Origin: an uncultured delta proteobacterium
Lineage (GTDB): Bacteria; Myxococcota_A; Polyangia; Fen-1088
DNA: 64,000 bases
Assembly (NCBI GenBank): GCA_963737265.1
Contig: CAVTRY010000012.1
Coordinates: 367,178-431,177 of the forward strand
Reading direction: 5' to 3'
Both the position numbers and the translations under genes were made by a program. The notes under the pieces are model-generated. The model did no database searches. It saw nothing but the letters and a program-made list of their open reading frames with translations, and was not told the DNA's origin. Shown one piece after another: positions 20,791 to 30,969 of the stretch (the stretch's first letter is position 1; each line of letters starts with the position of its first letter).

Positions 20791-21904
20791 TCAAAGGCGC
20801 TGAGCCACATGCGTCATAATCCGTTCAATTCGTGCCGCGAACGTATGCTCCTTGTGCGCCCTGACAAAGCCCGCATGGGCAATCCGCTCTCTCTCCGTAT
20901 CATGCGATAGGAACCACGTTAGCTTCTCATGGAGTTCACTCGTGTCTCCGAAATGAAATGCGATCACTTCGTTTCCGACGTCAAACATTTCGTCCAATTC
21001 GGGATAGTAGTCAGTGACTACCATGGCACCAGCCCCAGCACCCTGGAATAGCCTCCCTTTCGCCTGGTAGAACAGCCCGTCGTCGCATAGCGGGTAATCG
21101 GGGATGCTCCGCTTTAGCCCTTCTTCCCAGAACCCCCGCACACGGCTGATCCCAAGATGGATTCTGCTCTCCCCGATGATTCTGGCCTTCTCACGTTCGT
21201 CCGCAGGGTTCGCCCATGAACAACGCCATATTGGCAGCTTCTGGAGAAACCGCCTTATCCCGAAACGCCGCGTCCTCAGGACACGCTCCAACTGGCTCGG
21301 CAACAGCGGGATACCGAGCGGTCGCTCAATGCAGACCATGGCGCCTTTTCCAAAGCGCTCCAACTCCCGCATGTAGGGCCAGTACATTTGGGTGCTCAAG
21401 CTGTGTCCGAGCTGGCCCACAAACGATACATCGTACCGTTTGTTGAGATGCCCGTTACGAAAGGCACGCTCGTCAAAGGCAGGGGGAAGAAATACTGCGG
21501 TTGGTCCCCAAAACGGTAGCATCCTCTTGTCGATGGTAAACCACATGTCGAATGCACGTGCTGCACTTTGGAGGTCCGCAACACTGACTGCCGTGTTGAA
21601 AACTCCATTCGGATCTTCTTGAAACCAGTTCACCACAGGAACTGCCATTCGCTCGAACCAATACTTTTGCAACGTTCACGATCACTTCAGGCGACTGAAT
21701 GAACCCGATGACTATGTCCGCCCGACTATTCTCAATTGTCGAACGCAACTGCTGCGCGGTGACAACTGTTGCGTCCACCCGGACAATTCGAGCCCCTGCG
21801 GCTTCGGCGGCGTCCGCGATTCCTCCAAATGTATAGGAATGATATCCCTCGCCAAAGTGGGGAATATGGAGGTACACTATTGTTGAGTTTGACAGGGTCT
21901 TCAT
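20791..21904 (-). CDS. CgeB-like glycosyltransferase, split by one frameshift near 21660
   Basis: N-part 21904 MKTLSN..., C-part NWFQEDP...KGRLFQGAGAGAM...HTFAARIER. Confidence 0.7.
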
Positions 21905-22776
21905 GCTTCCCGCTCCCGGGCTGGAGGTCGGGCGAACAGATGACCTTGATCCATGTTCAGTGGAACGTCAGCGAATGACTCGATCCTCTTTAAAGCGGTA
22001 CCGCCAACAGAGAACATCTCGTAGCCGTGCTTGCTCAGTTGATCGTAGACCATTCGGGCAGGAATAGGCCCGTGGAGTTCACATAGAATCTGAGGGCGAC
22101 ATTGACTTAGGACGTGATCCCCACCCGCGATCACCTCTCCCTCTGCACCCTCGACATCAATCTTTAAGAAAGTAGGCGGCTCGTGCCCCTGCGAAACAAA
22201 CTCGTCCAATGTCACGGACTTGCATTCCAGCAATTCTTGGTCCAATCCCATCGCGCCGCCCTCTTGGCGACCAGCCTGGTCGATCAGAATGCTGCGAGTA
22301 AGGCTAAGTTCGCCGGATTTGCTCGCCACAGCCTGATTAACAATCACAATATTCCGAAGATCATTGACGGCCGCGTTCTTTCTAAGAATTTCGCAGACCT
22401 CCGGGATCGGCTCAAATGCATACACCTTTCCAGCGGTGGCGCTTCTGGCCATGATAAGGGCGTGGTACCCGATGTTTGCTCCAATATCGTAGCATACGGA
22501 GTTGGCCACAACGACATCTCGGATGAATTCGCAGGTGGTTGTCTCGTAGGTTCCCTTCCAGAACCAATGCGAGTAGTACACCCTCTTCCCAGCAACAAAC
22601 CACAAGCCCGCCAACGGCCCACTCTCAATGCGTCGGCTAACGTAGCCCAGTCCAAGCACGCGAACTGACAGTGCTTGAGCTGCAACTCTAGCACGCAATA
22701 CCAGACGCGCGGCGGCCTTGAGGTAGGGGTGGGCCTTGAGAAATCTGCGTATTTGTGGTTCGTACAACATGTTCAT
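21901..22776 (-). CDS. FkbM-family methyltransferase
   Basis: YDIGANIGYH...AFEP...FLKIDVEGAEGEV. Confidence 0.9.
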   Translation of the reverse strand: MNMLYEPQIRRFLKAHPYLKAAARLVLRARVAAQALSVRVLGLGYVSRRIESGPLAGLWFVAGKRVYYSHWFWKGTYETTTCEFIRDVVVANSVCYDIGANIGYHALIMARSATAGKVYAFEPIPEVCEILRKNAAVNDLRNIVIVNQAVASKSGELSLTRSILIDQAGRQEGGAMGLDQELLECKSVTLDEFVSQGHEPPTFLKIDVEGAEGEVIAGGDHVLSQCRPQILCELHGPIPARMVYDQLSKHGYEMFSVGGTALKRIESFADVPLNMDQGHLFARPPAREREA

Positions 22777-23771
22777 TATCCTTCGCGAGGAACAATGTGT
22801 TCGTAGAGTCTTCGGAAATGGTCAATCATCTCACTAAGGCCTTGGTCAAGCGTGATCTGAGGAACGAAGCCATGCGTGACGGCCCGCAGTTTCGAGACAT
22901 CGGCGGACTTTCGGGTCGCCCCTTCGGGCTTGGTCCTATCGAATACCAACTTACCATGCGTACCTGTAAGATTCACGACTCGCTCCGCAAGCTCTCGAAT
23001 TGAGGTCTCACGATCATGCCCAAGGTTCACTGGGTCTGCAACGGCATAGTGCTCAGCAATAAGCATCAATCCAAGTGCAAAGTCTCTCCCGTGAACAAAA
23101 CTTCGGGTCTGATCGCCGCTGCCCCAAACGGTGATGGGATCATCGCCGCGAAGTGCCTTGCATATGAGTGCGGGCATGACATGGGCCTTGTCTCCTTCAA
23201 GCGGTTCACGTGGACCATAGGCGTTGAAGGGTCGGGCTATAGCGATATCCATCGCATATTCTTTCGCGTAGTAACGGGCCTGAAGCTCCACCATGCGCTT
23301 CGCCCAACCGTAGCCCGCGTTGATCGTTTCCGGTTCCCCCTCCCAGCCCTCGTCCTCCTTGGTTGGGATTTTTGCGTCATCTGGATATACACACGAGCTA
23401 CTCACAACCAGGAAGCGGCGCACACCTTTGCGGCGAGCTGCTTCCAAGAGACTGAACCCGATCAGTGTCGTTTCGGTTAGCATCTCGCCATGATGAGCCA
23501 TGCTGTACTCGACACCAAAGGCCGGTGCAGCAAGGTTCATTACGACATCCTGCCCAGCGCAGGCCTGCTCACAACCTTCCATGCTTTTCAGATCAACCTT
23601 CATCAAGCGAATCTTCGAAGCGACTCCGTCGAGGTTGCGTTCGCTTCCTCGTGAGAGATTGTCAGCAACGGTTACTTTTGCCTTGGCCGCCACCATCAGT
23701 TCCGTGAGGTAGGAGCCAATGAAACCCGCTCCCCCGGCAATGAGTACCTTCTTGTTTTCCCAAAATTCCAT
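22776..23771 (-). CDS. NAD-dependent nucleotide-sugar epimerase (GDP-mannose 3,5-epimerase/GDP-fucose synthase-like)
   Basis: GGAGFIG, SSSCVYP, YGWAK, WGSGDQTRSF. Confidence 0.88.
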   Translation of the reverse strand: MEFWENKKVLIAGGAGFIGSYLTELMVAAKAKVTVADNLSRGSERNLDGVASKIRLMKVDLKSMEGCEQACAGQDVVMNLAAPAFGVEYSMAHHGEMLTETTLIGFSLLEAARRKGVRRFLVVSSSCVYPDDAKIPTKEDEGWEGEPETINAGYGWAKRMVELQARYYAKEYAMDIAIARPFNAYGPREPLEGDKAHVMPALICKALRGDDPITVWGSGDQTRSFVHGRDFALGLMLIAEHYAVADPVNLGHDRETSIRELAERVVNLTGTHGKLVFDRTKPEGATRKSADVSKLRAVTHGFVPQITLDQGLSEMIDHFRRLYEHIVPREG

Positions 23772-23841
23772 CTCTCACTCTCCGTTTTACTGGGTGGTTG
23801 TCGTTTCGCGCCTGCCGCAGGCTCTTTGGGCCTAAGCGCAC

Positions 23842-25344
23842 TCATCTAGAGCCCAGGGTGCGAGTAATGACGATGCCACGAATGAACCGACTCGATAGGC
23901 CGCATGCTGCGGATGCCAATGCCCAAATGAATCCTAACTGAATAACTATCGCGAACCTTGAACTGGGCATGTGGGTCACCCAGCGGCAGAATAACACCAC
24001 AGACAGTGTGCATGCGACTGGCAGGCCCACATCGTTAAGGTACCATCCCGATAGTTCACCTAGTAACAATTTGCGGTGCATCAGGCGAACTAAAATGAGT
24101 ACGTATCCTAGATTGAGAATCAGCCATACCGATGCCGCACCAACTGCGCCATAGAACTTTGTTAGGACGAGGAGCAATGGTGCAAGGAGCACCATTGCGA
24201 CGAGATTTGTGTAGAATCCCAGTGAAGTCCACCCGTGGGCAATTTGAAGTGTATATGGGATTGTGGTCAGGGCATTGCAGATCGAGCCAATTACCAAGAT
24301 GGACGTCACCATGTGGGCTTCCTGAGCGATCTCCGCGTTGTGTGTCCAGGCGACAAGCACTTCCCTCGAAAACACACTAACGACCAAGCCAACTGGTAGA
24401 ACCAAAAGGGAGACAACCTGGCACGACCTGTGGTACAGCTCCACCAAGGTTGAGGATTCTGGCTGCGCGGCGAGCTGGGAAAGCCTCGGGAAGATTGCCG
24501 TTTGCAGTGGACCCACGACAATGGTGATCCCGCTCGCCAACAAGCCTGCTAGGGTATAGTAGCCCATGGATTTGAGGGGCAGGACTTTGCTCAAAACGAC
24601 CTTGTCGAGCTGTGAAATGATCGTTGCGGTGAAACTTGTCCCTGCCATTCCAAGACTGTAGCGTGCAAGACTGAGTAGAATTGGCTTTTGAAATCGAGGG
24701 CGCCTCGTGGACGACGGAAGGCTCCGCCAGAGCATGCTGCCGTAGACTACGACTTGAAGGATTCCAACGACAACCTGCCAAGCTAAGAATGACTGAATGT
24801 TGGGTGAATACCAAATCAGCACTGCGCATGAACCAAGAACGCGAACGGCAGATATGGTGCTGCGAACAACATTTTGAAATACTTGGCGCTGCAGCCCAAT
24901 GAGGCCCCCTTGATAAAAGGCGGCGGCGAGTTCAAGCGGAAGAGTTGCACCAATCAAGATGAGAGATCTATGGACCGTTTCGACTGAGAGCTTCTGGGAA
25001 ATCACCCAGCGTTGTGCAATCCAGGCCGAGGCGAGGAATGCGACCACACCAACCGTTAGACACAGCGACCAGTAAGCAACCTCAAGGGTCCTGAGGAGGT
25101 TGCGTTGCTCATTCGCGTCCCCGTGAGTTCCGGACAGCCGTGCGAATTCGCGTGTCAGCGTTGAAGACAATCCCAATGTCATGAGGAAAGCGATGGCTTG
25201 CATCGTTGCCGAAATGCCGACCAGCCCGTAGGATTCCGCATCCAGGAACTTGAGATAGATCGGGGTGAAAACGATGCTTGCGAATGCGCTGAATCCGCGG
25301 CCGACAAAATTCGCGATCGTGTTTCGTCTGAGCTGATTCATCAC
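23842..25344 (-). CDS. wzx: Wzx oligosaccharide flippase
   Basis: 500 aa multi-TM; RNTIANF...QLDKVVLSKVL...GYYTLA. Confidence 0.88.
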   Translation of the reverse strand: MMNQLRRNTIANFVGRGFSAFASIVFTPIYLKFLDAESYGLVGISATMQAIAFLMTLGLSSTLTREFARLSGTHGDANEQRNLLRTLEVAYWSLCLTVGVVAFLASAWIAQRWVISQKLSVETVHRSLILIGATLPLELAAAFYQGGLIGLQRQVFQNVVRSTISAVRVLGSCAVLIWYSPNIQSFLAWQVVVGILQVVVYGSMLWRSLPSSTRRPRFQKPILLSLARYSLGMAGTSFTATIISQLDKVVLSKVLPLKSMGYYTLAGLLASGITIVVGPLQTAIFPRLSQLAAQPESSTLVELYHRSCQVVSLLVLPVGLVVSVFSREVLVAWTHNAEIAQEAHMVTSILVIGSICNALTTIPYTLQIAHGWTSLGFYTNLVAMVLLAPLLLVLTKFYGAVGAASVWLILNLGYVLILVRLMHRKLLLGELSGWYLNDVGLPVACTLSVVLFCRWVTHMPSSRFAIVIQLGFIWALASAACGLSSRFIRGIVITRTLGSR

Positions 25345-25665
25345 GTGTAACGCCGCGGCACGAATGGCGACTTCGGAAATTCAGGCCGCCGCACCGAATC
25401 TAGTGCGTGGCTGCTATGGCGATTGGGCTTCTCGTCCAAAAATTCCAACCTTTCGGAGATATAGGTACGACCAACGATACGATTTCTGCTCGGCTTCATA
25501 GCACGCCATTCCCGACCAATATGGAAAGGGGGCTGATGGTGTGAAGATATCATTAGCTTGGGAGGCGTGGAAAGTGCGACAGGGCTCATGATGATAGCGG
25601 TCGAGTTCTCCTGATGTTCCGTGGCAGTGGTGGCCTTTCGCGTATTTCTGCATAGCCGAACCTGG

Positions 25666-26994
25666 CTATGTCCAGGCTGATGTGGTCATTCCAGACGAGG
25701 CAGCTGTTGTCTGGAGTTGTTGGGCGCTCTCCGCGCCCGGACGCACCCGAGAGAACACCCAATAGATTCCAGCAACGAGCAGTCCATTGATCGCGCCACG
25801 TGCCACCTGGGCAAATCCATATCCGTAACCGCCCAGAAAGGACGGGGCGAACTGGCATAGCATCATGAGCCAGAATGGACTGGCCCGATATCGCCAATCG
25901 ACGAGAGCGCAGAAGAAGGAAAGCGCAGCAGCCATGACAACGACGCAGAAGTATCCGCCATTCCAGTAAAACTCCCCCAAGACGTTGATACCACCGCCAT
26001 GGATGAAGTTAGCGGCGAGCTCCCATGCTGCCTCGATGGACCGCCGCCAGCCGAACCAACGGACAAAGAACGAGGGAGTGAAGGTGTACTCGACGACATT
26101 GTAAATGGACCGCCACTCTCGAGAGTTGCCCCCATCATAGAGAGTGATGCACATCAACATGTGTGTAGCCTGCTGGCTGGCGTTGGCAACGGACTCGACC
26201 CCTTCTGAGCTTTCCTCCCGGGAGTTTTCCATTTCAAACGCGTTTTTGATCGACGTCGAGATGGCAGACGCGCCTTCTAGATAAAGTACGGCGCGAGTGG
26301 TGCGAACCACGAATGACAGGGCAAGAACAGCGGCTATTACCGCGCCAATTCGCGCAAGATTTGAGAGCCGCCTGGCCGCGCCGGTGCGCGGAAGGAGAAG
26401 GACTGCGGCCGCTGTTAGGTAGCCAGTAGTGAGGCCTGTACCGCCCCTTATGTAATGAGTGATTCCGATTGCAACAAACAGAACGAAGAATGCGCGGCGG
26501 GCTGTGATCAACCCCAGCAGGCGGCGGCGCACCATTTCGTAGAGAAGAAGAGAGCAGATAAGCGCATGGCCGCCGGCCAACTCCATGTCATAGCGGATTT
26601 GTTGATCGGATGCGTAGGCACCGGAAAAGATGGACTGAGCGCTACCTGTGTAGGCGATCAGATAGAGTGCAATGGCCACTAAGATCGACTTGGGTAGGAC
26701 AGGGGCGTCAGGGCCGATCCGGACGCGTCCTCTCTGAAGGAGCAGTGTGAAGAACACCATGGTGGCCAGCGAGAGGCAAAGAATAACCGCCGCGGTGGAG
26801 AGATTGTCTTCCGAAAACAAGTAGAATGGCTGGAACCGCTGTGAGGCCGGAGGTCCCCACCGTTCGATAGAGGCCAGTGAGCGCGCGACAAGCAGGTTGT
26901 TGGCGGCCAGAATAAGGGTGCAAAGGCGTAGCTGATAGAGAGCGACCACGGCCACAATCCCGCTGGCTACCATCAGAAGGTCAAAGACGTTCAA
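25666..26994 (-). CDS. Putative Wzy polysaccharide polymerase
   Basis: Multi-TM protein with a large loop and GEFYWNGG, between wzc and wzx. Confidence 0.55.
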   Translation of the reverse strand: MNVFDLLMVASGIVAVVALYQLRLCTLILAANNLLVARSLASIERWGPPASQRFQPFYLFSEDNLSTAAVILCLSLATMVFFTLLLQRGRVRIGPDAPVLPKSILVAIALYLIAYTGSAQSIFSGAYASDQQIRYDMELAGGHALICSLLLYEMVRRRLLGLITARRAFFVLFVAIGITHYIRGGTGLTTGYLTAAAVLLLPRTGAARRLSNLARIGAVIAAVLALSFVVRTTRAVLYLEGASAISTSIKNAFEMENSREESSEGVESVANASQQATHMLMCITLYDGGNSREWRSIYNVVEYTFTPSFFVRWFGWRRSIEAAWELAANFIHGGGINVLGEFYWNGGYFCVVVMAAALSFFCALVDWRYRASPFWLMMLCQFAPSFLGGYGYGFAQVARGAINGLLVAGIYWVFSRVRPGAESAQQLQTTAASSGMTTSAWT

Positions 26995-27003
26995 GGGAAT
27001 GGC

Positions 27004-29151
27004 CTAGCTGGTGGCGCGGTAATAGCGACCATATGGTGCGTAGTAGCCATAGCCATAGCCGTAGCCCCCGCCTTTGCGATCCGTCTGGTTGATGACCAAA
27101 CCCAAAATGCGTGCACCCGCGTCGCCAAGCTGGCGCCGCGCAAATTTCGCAGCGTCACGTGTTGTGTGCCCGGCGCGTAGAACCAAGACCACGCCGTCGG
27201 TGACGCTACCAATAATGGCAGGGTCTGTCACGGGAGCAATGGGTGGGGAATCGAGAACCACTCGGTCGTAGCTGGCGCGGCATTCCGCGAGGACCTGCCG
27301 GAAGCGCTCAGTATGCAGCAACTCGGCCGGGTTGGGCGGCATTGGGCCACAGGGGAGAACGTCGAGGTTGGGGATCTCCGACTTGCAGACAGCGCTTTTT
27401 AGTTGGGCGTCGCCCGTCATCACTGTTGACAGTCCCCTATCGCTTTTTAGGCCGAACGACTTGTGAATGCGGGGTTTGCGCATGTCCGCATCGATCAGAA
27501 GGATGCGACCGCCGCCCTGGGCCATGGTGGTGGCTAGGTTGATCGCCACGGTTGTCTTTCCGTCCTGGGGTCCGGGGCTAGTGACGGAGAAAACTTGGAA
27601 GTCCTTCTGGGCGGAGATGAACATCAGATTCGTGCGAATTGATCGGCAGGCCTCCGCCGCGATGGAGGTGGGATCTCTGAATACGGCCAGATCACGTTCG
27701 GGCGCGTCGGCAATGAGGTGCTGCTTGGCCTGCGATAGCATGGGAATCATGCCAAGCAGGGGCGCACCCACAAGCTCTTCCGCGGCCTCAGGGGTCTTGA
27801 CCGTTGTGTCCAGGGACTCGACAACAAATGCCAGAAGAAGGCCGAAAAGGAGCCCGAGCACGAAACCAACCGTAAGGTTAAAAGTGAGGATCGGGCTGAC
27901 CGCCAACCGCGGCGGTGTCGCGCGATCCAAGATGCGCACGTTGTTGGCCCGCAACATGCCGGTAAGGTTGATTTCTTTCTGGCGCTGATTGATCAAGGAG
28001 TAGACCTTGCCGTTGTTCTCGGCGTCGCGAGCCAAGGGACGGTACTCGGTCTCGATCTTCGCCAATTCTAGGGCTTGCTGCTTTTCGTGGCTCATCCACT
28101 TGACTAGGGAATTCTCCGTCTCGACCAAGGCTTCATAGCGCTTGTCGAAGGCGCGCAGGACATCGTCCAGCTCTTTGCCATAGTCGCGCTGAACCGAAGC
28201 CAACTGATGCTGGATGGTATCTATCTTGGGGTGCTTGTCACCGTAGTGGGATTCAAGATCGGCCTTGATCTTGAGCAGGTCCAAATAGTTTTCCCGCAGC
28301 TTCTGAACCACGGGGTTGTCGCGGATTTCGGGCAGGCTCTCGCGTTCGTTGATGTCGTTCTTGGCCGCGAGGATGAGCTTGCGGATGGATTCGATCTCGA
28401 TTCGCCGGGCTTTGACGTCTGTAATTTTGGCGTTGAGGCTCTGCAGGTTCTGGCGGGTCATGCCCATCTTGTCGTCCAGGCCTACGTCCAGCAGGTTGCG
28501 ATCCTTACGGAATCTGTACAGCTCCATCTCCGAGGCCTCGAGCTGCTTTCGCAGGTCCACGGTCTGCTCGCCCAGCCAGGTGCCTGCCGAGCGGGCTCCC
28601 TCAAGCTTGAAGTCGAGGTTGCGTTCAATATAGGTGTCGGCAAAGGCATTGGCGATACGCGTGGCCCGCTCGGGATTCACGTCGCGAACCAGAATGTTGG
28701 CGATGCGCGATTCACGTACGCCGACGACCTTCACTGCCTTGAGCAGACTTTCGATCATGACTTGACGGTCAGGGCGCTTGGCGCTACCGGCCGTTCCGCC
28801 ATAACTGGGATCGCTGTCCAAACCCAGACGGTCGATCACCCGCTGGGCAATCTCCTCGGACCGGATGATCCGATACTGCGTCGTATAGAACTCGTGCGAA
28901 GCCGATCCCATCTCGATCACCTCTTTCACGCCCTCGAGGACCTGGGGCGCGCTCGACTCAATGACCAGCGAGCACGTCGCTTCGTAGATCTTCGGCTGCC
29001 GGATGGTGTACACGAAGGCCACGGCCAGGCTGGCGACCAACACGCCGGAGACCACCCGCCAGCGCTTGCGCAAGACGTTAAGATAGTGCCGCAGCTCGCG
29101 GGCCGTGCCCGGGATCTTCGACGGTGACGCAGGGACGCTTACGCTTTCCAT
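27004..29151 (-). CDS. wzc: Wzc tyrosine autokinase / chain-length regulator
   Basis: Two TM + coiled coil; Walker A GPQDGKT, IDADMRKP, DSPP, C-terminal Tyr cluster GYGYGYGYYAPYGRYY. Confidence 0.95.
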   Translation of the reverse strand: MESVSVPASPSKIPGTARELRHYLNVLRKRWRVVSGVLVASLAVAFVYTIRQPKIYEATCSLVIESSAPQVLEGVKEVIEMGSASHEFYTTQYRIIRSEEIAQRVIDRLGLDSDPSYGGTAGSAKRPDRQVMIESLLKAVKVVGVRESRIANILVRDVNPERATRIANAFADTYIERNLDFKLEGARSAGTWLGEQTVDLRKQLEASEMELYRFRKDRNLLDVGLDDKMGMTRQNLQSLNAKITDVKARRIEIESIRKLILAAKNDINERESLPEIRDNPVVQKLRENYLDLLKIKADLESHYGDKHPKIDTIQHQLASVQRDYGKELDDVLRAFDKRYEALVETENSLVKWMSHEKQQALELAKIETEYRPLARDAENNGKVYSLINQRQKEINLTGMLRANNVRILDRATPPRLAVSPILTFNLTVGFVLGLLFGLLLAFVVESLDTTVKTPEAAEELVGAPLLGMIPMLSQAKQHLIADAPERDLAVFRDPTSIAAEACRSIRTNLMFISAQKDFQVFSVTSPGPQDGKTTVAINLATTMAQGGGRILLIDADMRKPRIHKSFGLKSDRGLSTVMTGDAQLKSAVCKSEIPNLDVLPCGPMPPNPAELLHTERFRQVLAECRASYDRVVLDSPPIAPVTDPAIIGSVTDGVVLVLRAGHTTRDAAKFARRQLGDAGARILGLVINQTDRKGGGYGYGYGYYAPYGRYYRATS

Positions 29152-29232
29152 GAACCGGCCACGCTAGCCCTAAAATGGGCCCTGCGCAATGATGCGGGGT
29201 GGGCGGGGTGGGCTTCGCGTGGGCGGATAGAA

Positions 29233-29568
29233 ATGGTAGCGTCCGGTCTAGTGGACGAATCCATTGGTCGAAGCCGGCACCATCGGTGTCCGCGTTGTGG
29301 CGCAAGTCTGGCGCGCGATGAGCGCGCTGGGCTGGAGGGTTTTTTCGTCAGCTTGTTGTTCTTGCGCGGCTTTTGCTGCCCGGAATGCGGCTGGCGTGGT
29401 CTGCGCTTCTCGAAGAGCCGTTTTCGCCATCGCAAATCGCGTCTCCAGGTTGCTGCGATCGTCGTGTTCTTCATTCTGGCCGCTGCCGTGGCAGTCCACG
29501 TGGTGCTTTCGCGCGTGGGTTCGGGGCACAGCCCGGCGCACGACGAGGGGATACAGGAGGTCGAGTAG
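29233..29568 (+). CDS. Small zinc-ribbon membrane protein
   Basis: CPRC...CPEC plus one C-terminal TM helix. Confidence 0.6.
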   Translation: MVASGLVDESIGRSRHHRCPRCGASLARDERAGLEGFFVSLLFLRGFCCPECGWRGLRFSKSRFRHRKSRLQVAAIVVFFILAAAVAVHVVLSRVGSGHSPAHDEGIQEVE

Positions 29569-29639
29569 GGGATCTCGCCCGCCAAATCTGTGCTTTCCAC
29601 GGACAAGAGCTTGGCGTCCGCAGTGGTAGAGGTACTCGG

Positions 29640-29711
29640 CCCTCACCGGCCGCGCTTCGCGCGTCCGCCTCTCCCGCTGCGCGGGCGAGGCAATGTGGCC
29701 GCTGCGCGGCC
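29640..29711 (+). repeat. Triple-hairpin REP-like repeat, copy 1
   Basis: CCCTCACCGGCCGCGCTTCGCGCGTCCGCCTCTCCCGCTGCGCGGGCGAGGCAATGTGGCCGCTGCGCGGCC. Confidence 0.9.
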
Positions 29712-29880
29712 GGGCGGTTCGTTCCAGTTTCCGTGGTGGGACTGGATCGGGTGAGAGTGGCGAGTGAAACCCTGGCGCACCGTGTGACGGGCGCGGTTGA
29801 CAGACTGTACTCGTATCAGTACAGTCCTTGTGTGTCTAAGGACGAGCCGTCTGTCCTCGCCCGTCCGCCTCCGTGTGCGC

Positions 29881-30165
29881 TCACTTCGTGATGGGGCGTC
29901 GCGCTTGGTGGTAGACACGCATCACCTCCAGGACGCCATCGCGTCGCCTATAGAAAAGCCGATATGGCGGAATGGGCCAGGACCGAACTTTGAGACCAGT
30001 CTTCAGCTGCTGCTCAGGACCCTCGAATTCCTCGCGTGCCAAACGCTCCGCCAAAGTGACGACCTCACCCAGAAGCGTAAATGGCACGCCTGGCCTTCTC
30101 TCCCTCCAGAAGGCGACGGCGCCCTCCACGTCCTTCGCTGCCTGTTTGGCGAATCGGATTCTCAA
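29881..30165 (-). CDS. RelE/ParE-family toxin
   Basis: IRFAKQAAKDVEGA...PPYRLFYR...EVMRVYHQARRP. Confidence 0.8.
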   Translation of the reverse strand: MRIRFAKQAAKDVEGAVAFWRERRPGVPFTLLGEVVTLAERLAREEFEGPEQQLKTGLKVRSWPIPPYRLFYRRRDGVLEVMRVYHQARRPITK

Positions 30166-30377
30166 CGTCGCAAGGTTCCCTCAAGCGCGATGCGGAATTC
30201 CTCGGGCGTGAATCCCTCACCTCGATCCAACGAGCTGGCGGCCTCTTCAAGGCCGGCTTCCTCTTCAGCAGTTAGCGCCAGAACCTCGTCGACGGATTGC
30301 AGGATGTACCGTCCGGACGGCAGTGATCGCATCTCACGGGGAAGCTGTTTGCCATCGAAATTCAGGACGACCGTCAT
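30162..30377 (-). CDS. Putative antitoxin
   Basis: 71 aa acidic protein, LTAEEEAGLEEA...RGEG; GTGA overlap with the toxin. Confidence 0.7.
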   Translation of the reverse strand: MTVVLNFDGKQLPREMRSLPSGRYILQSVDEVLALTAEEEAGLEEAASSLDRGEGFTPEEFRIALEGTLRR

Positions 30378-30477
30378 CCTGGAAGGATACACTCCTCTGC
30401 CCTGGTCCACCAGCAGTCGCCACCGGCCCGGAGGGAAACCACTTCCATCAGAATCACCGGGGCCAGGTACCCACCCC

Positions 30478-30595
30478 CTATTGGCCCATTCGCCGCACGG
30501 GCGAGGGCTCGCCGAAGAGGTTCGTGGTCGCGCCTTCCAGGGCCTGCTTGAGCGAGTCGAGCTCGGCTTCGCTGACGCTGAGGCCGCGGTGGTAG
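30478..30595 (-). pseudogene. Duplicated 3' end of the wecA-like gene with its own stop codon
   Basis: 30503-30595 matches 40834-40926; reads YHRGLSVSEAELDSLKQALEGATTNLFGEPSPVRRMGQ*. Confidence 0.85.
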
Positions 30596-30969
30596 AGGTA
30601 CTCGGCCCTCACCGGCCGCGCTTCGCGCGTCCGCCTCTCCCGCTGCGCGGGCGAGGCAGTGTGGCCGCTGCCGCGGCCGGGCGGTTCGTCCCAGTTTCCG
30701 TGGTCGGACTGGATGGGGGTGAGAGTGGCGAGTGCAACCGTGGCTCACCGTATGCCCGGGTGCGTCCCTGCCAAGCCAACCATGACGATCGACTCGGTGT
30801 CTCGCGCAGCGGAGGCACTGGTGCGTCGGCCCCCCGCTGCGCGGTGGCTGCGCGGGGCGAGTTCGACTTCGCTGACGCTGAGGCCGCAGTGGTAGAGGTA
30901 CTCGGCCCTCACCGGCCGCGCTTCGCGCGTCCGTGCTGGACGTCAACTACATTCACCCGGTGACGTCAA

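Noticed and set aside
25341-25660. Short ORFs between wzy and wzx
   Set aside because: No recognisable motif; they cannot be told apart from intergenic or decayed sequence.
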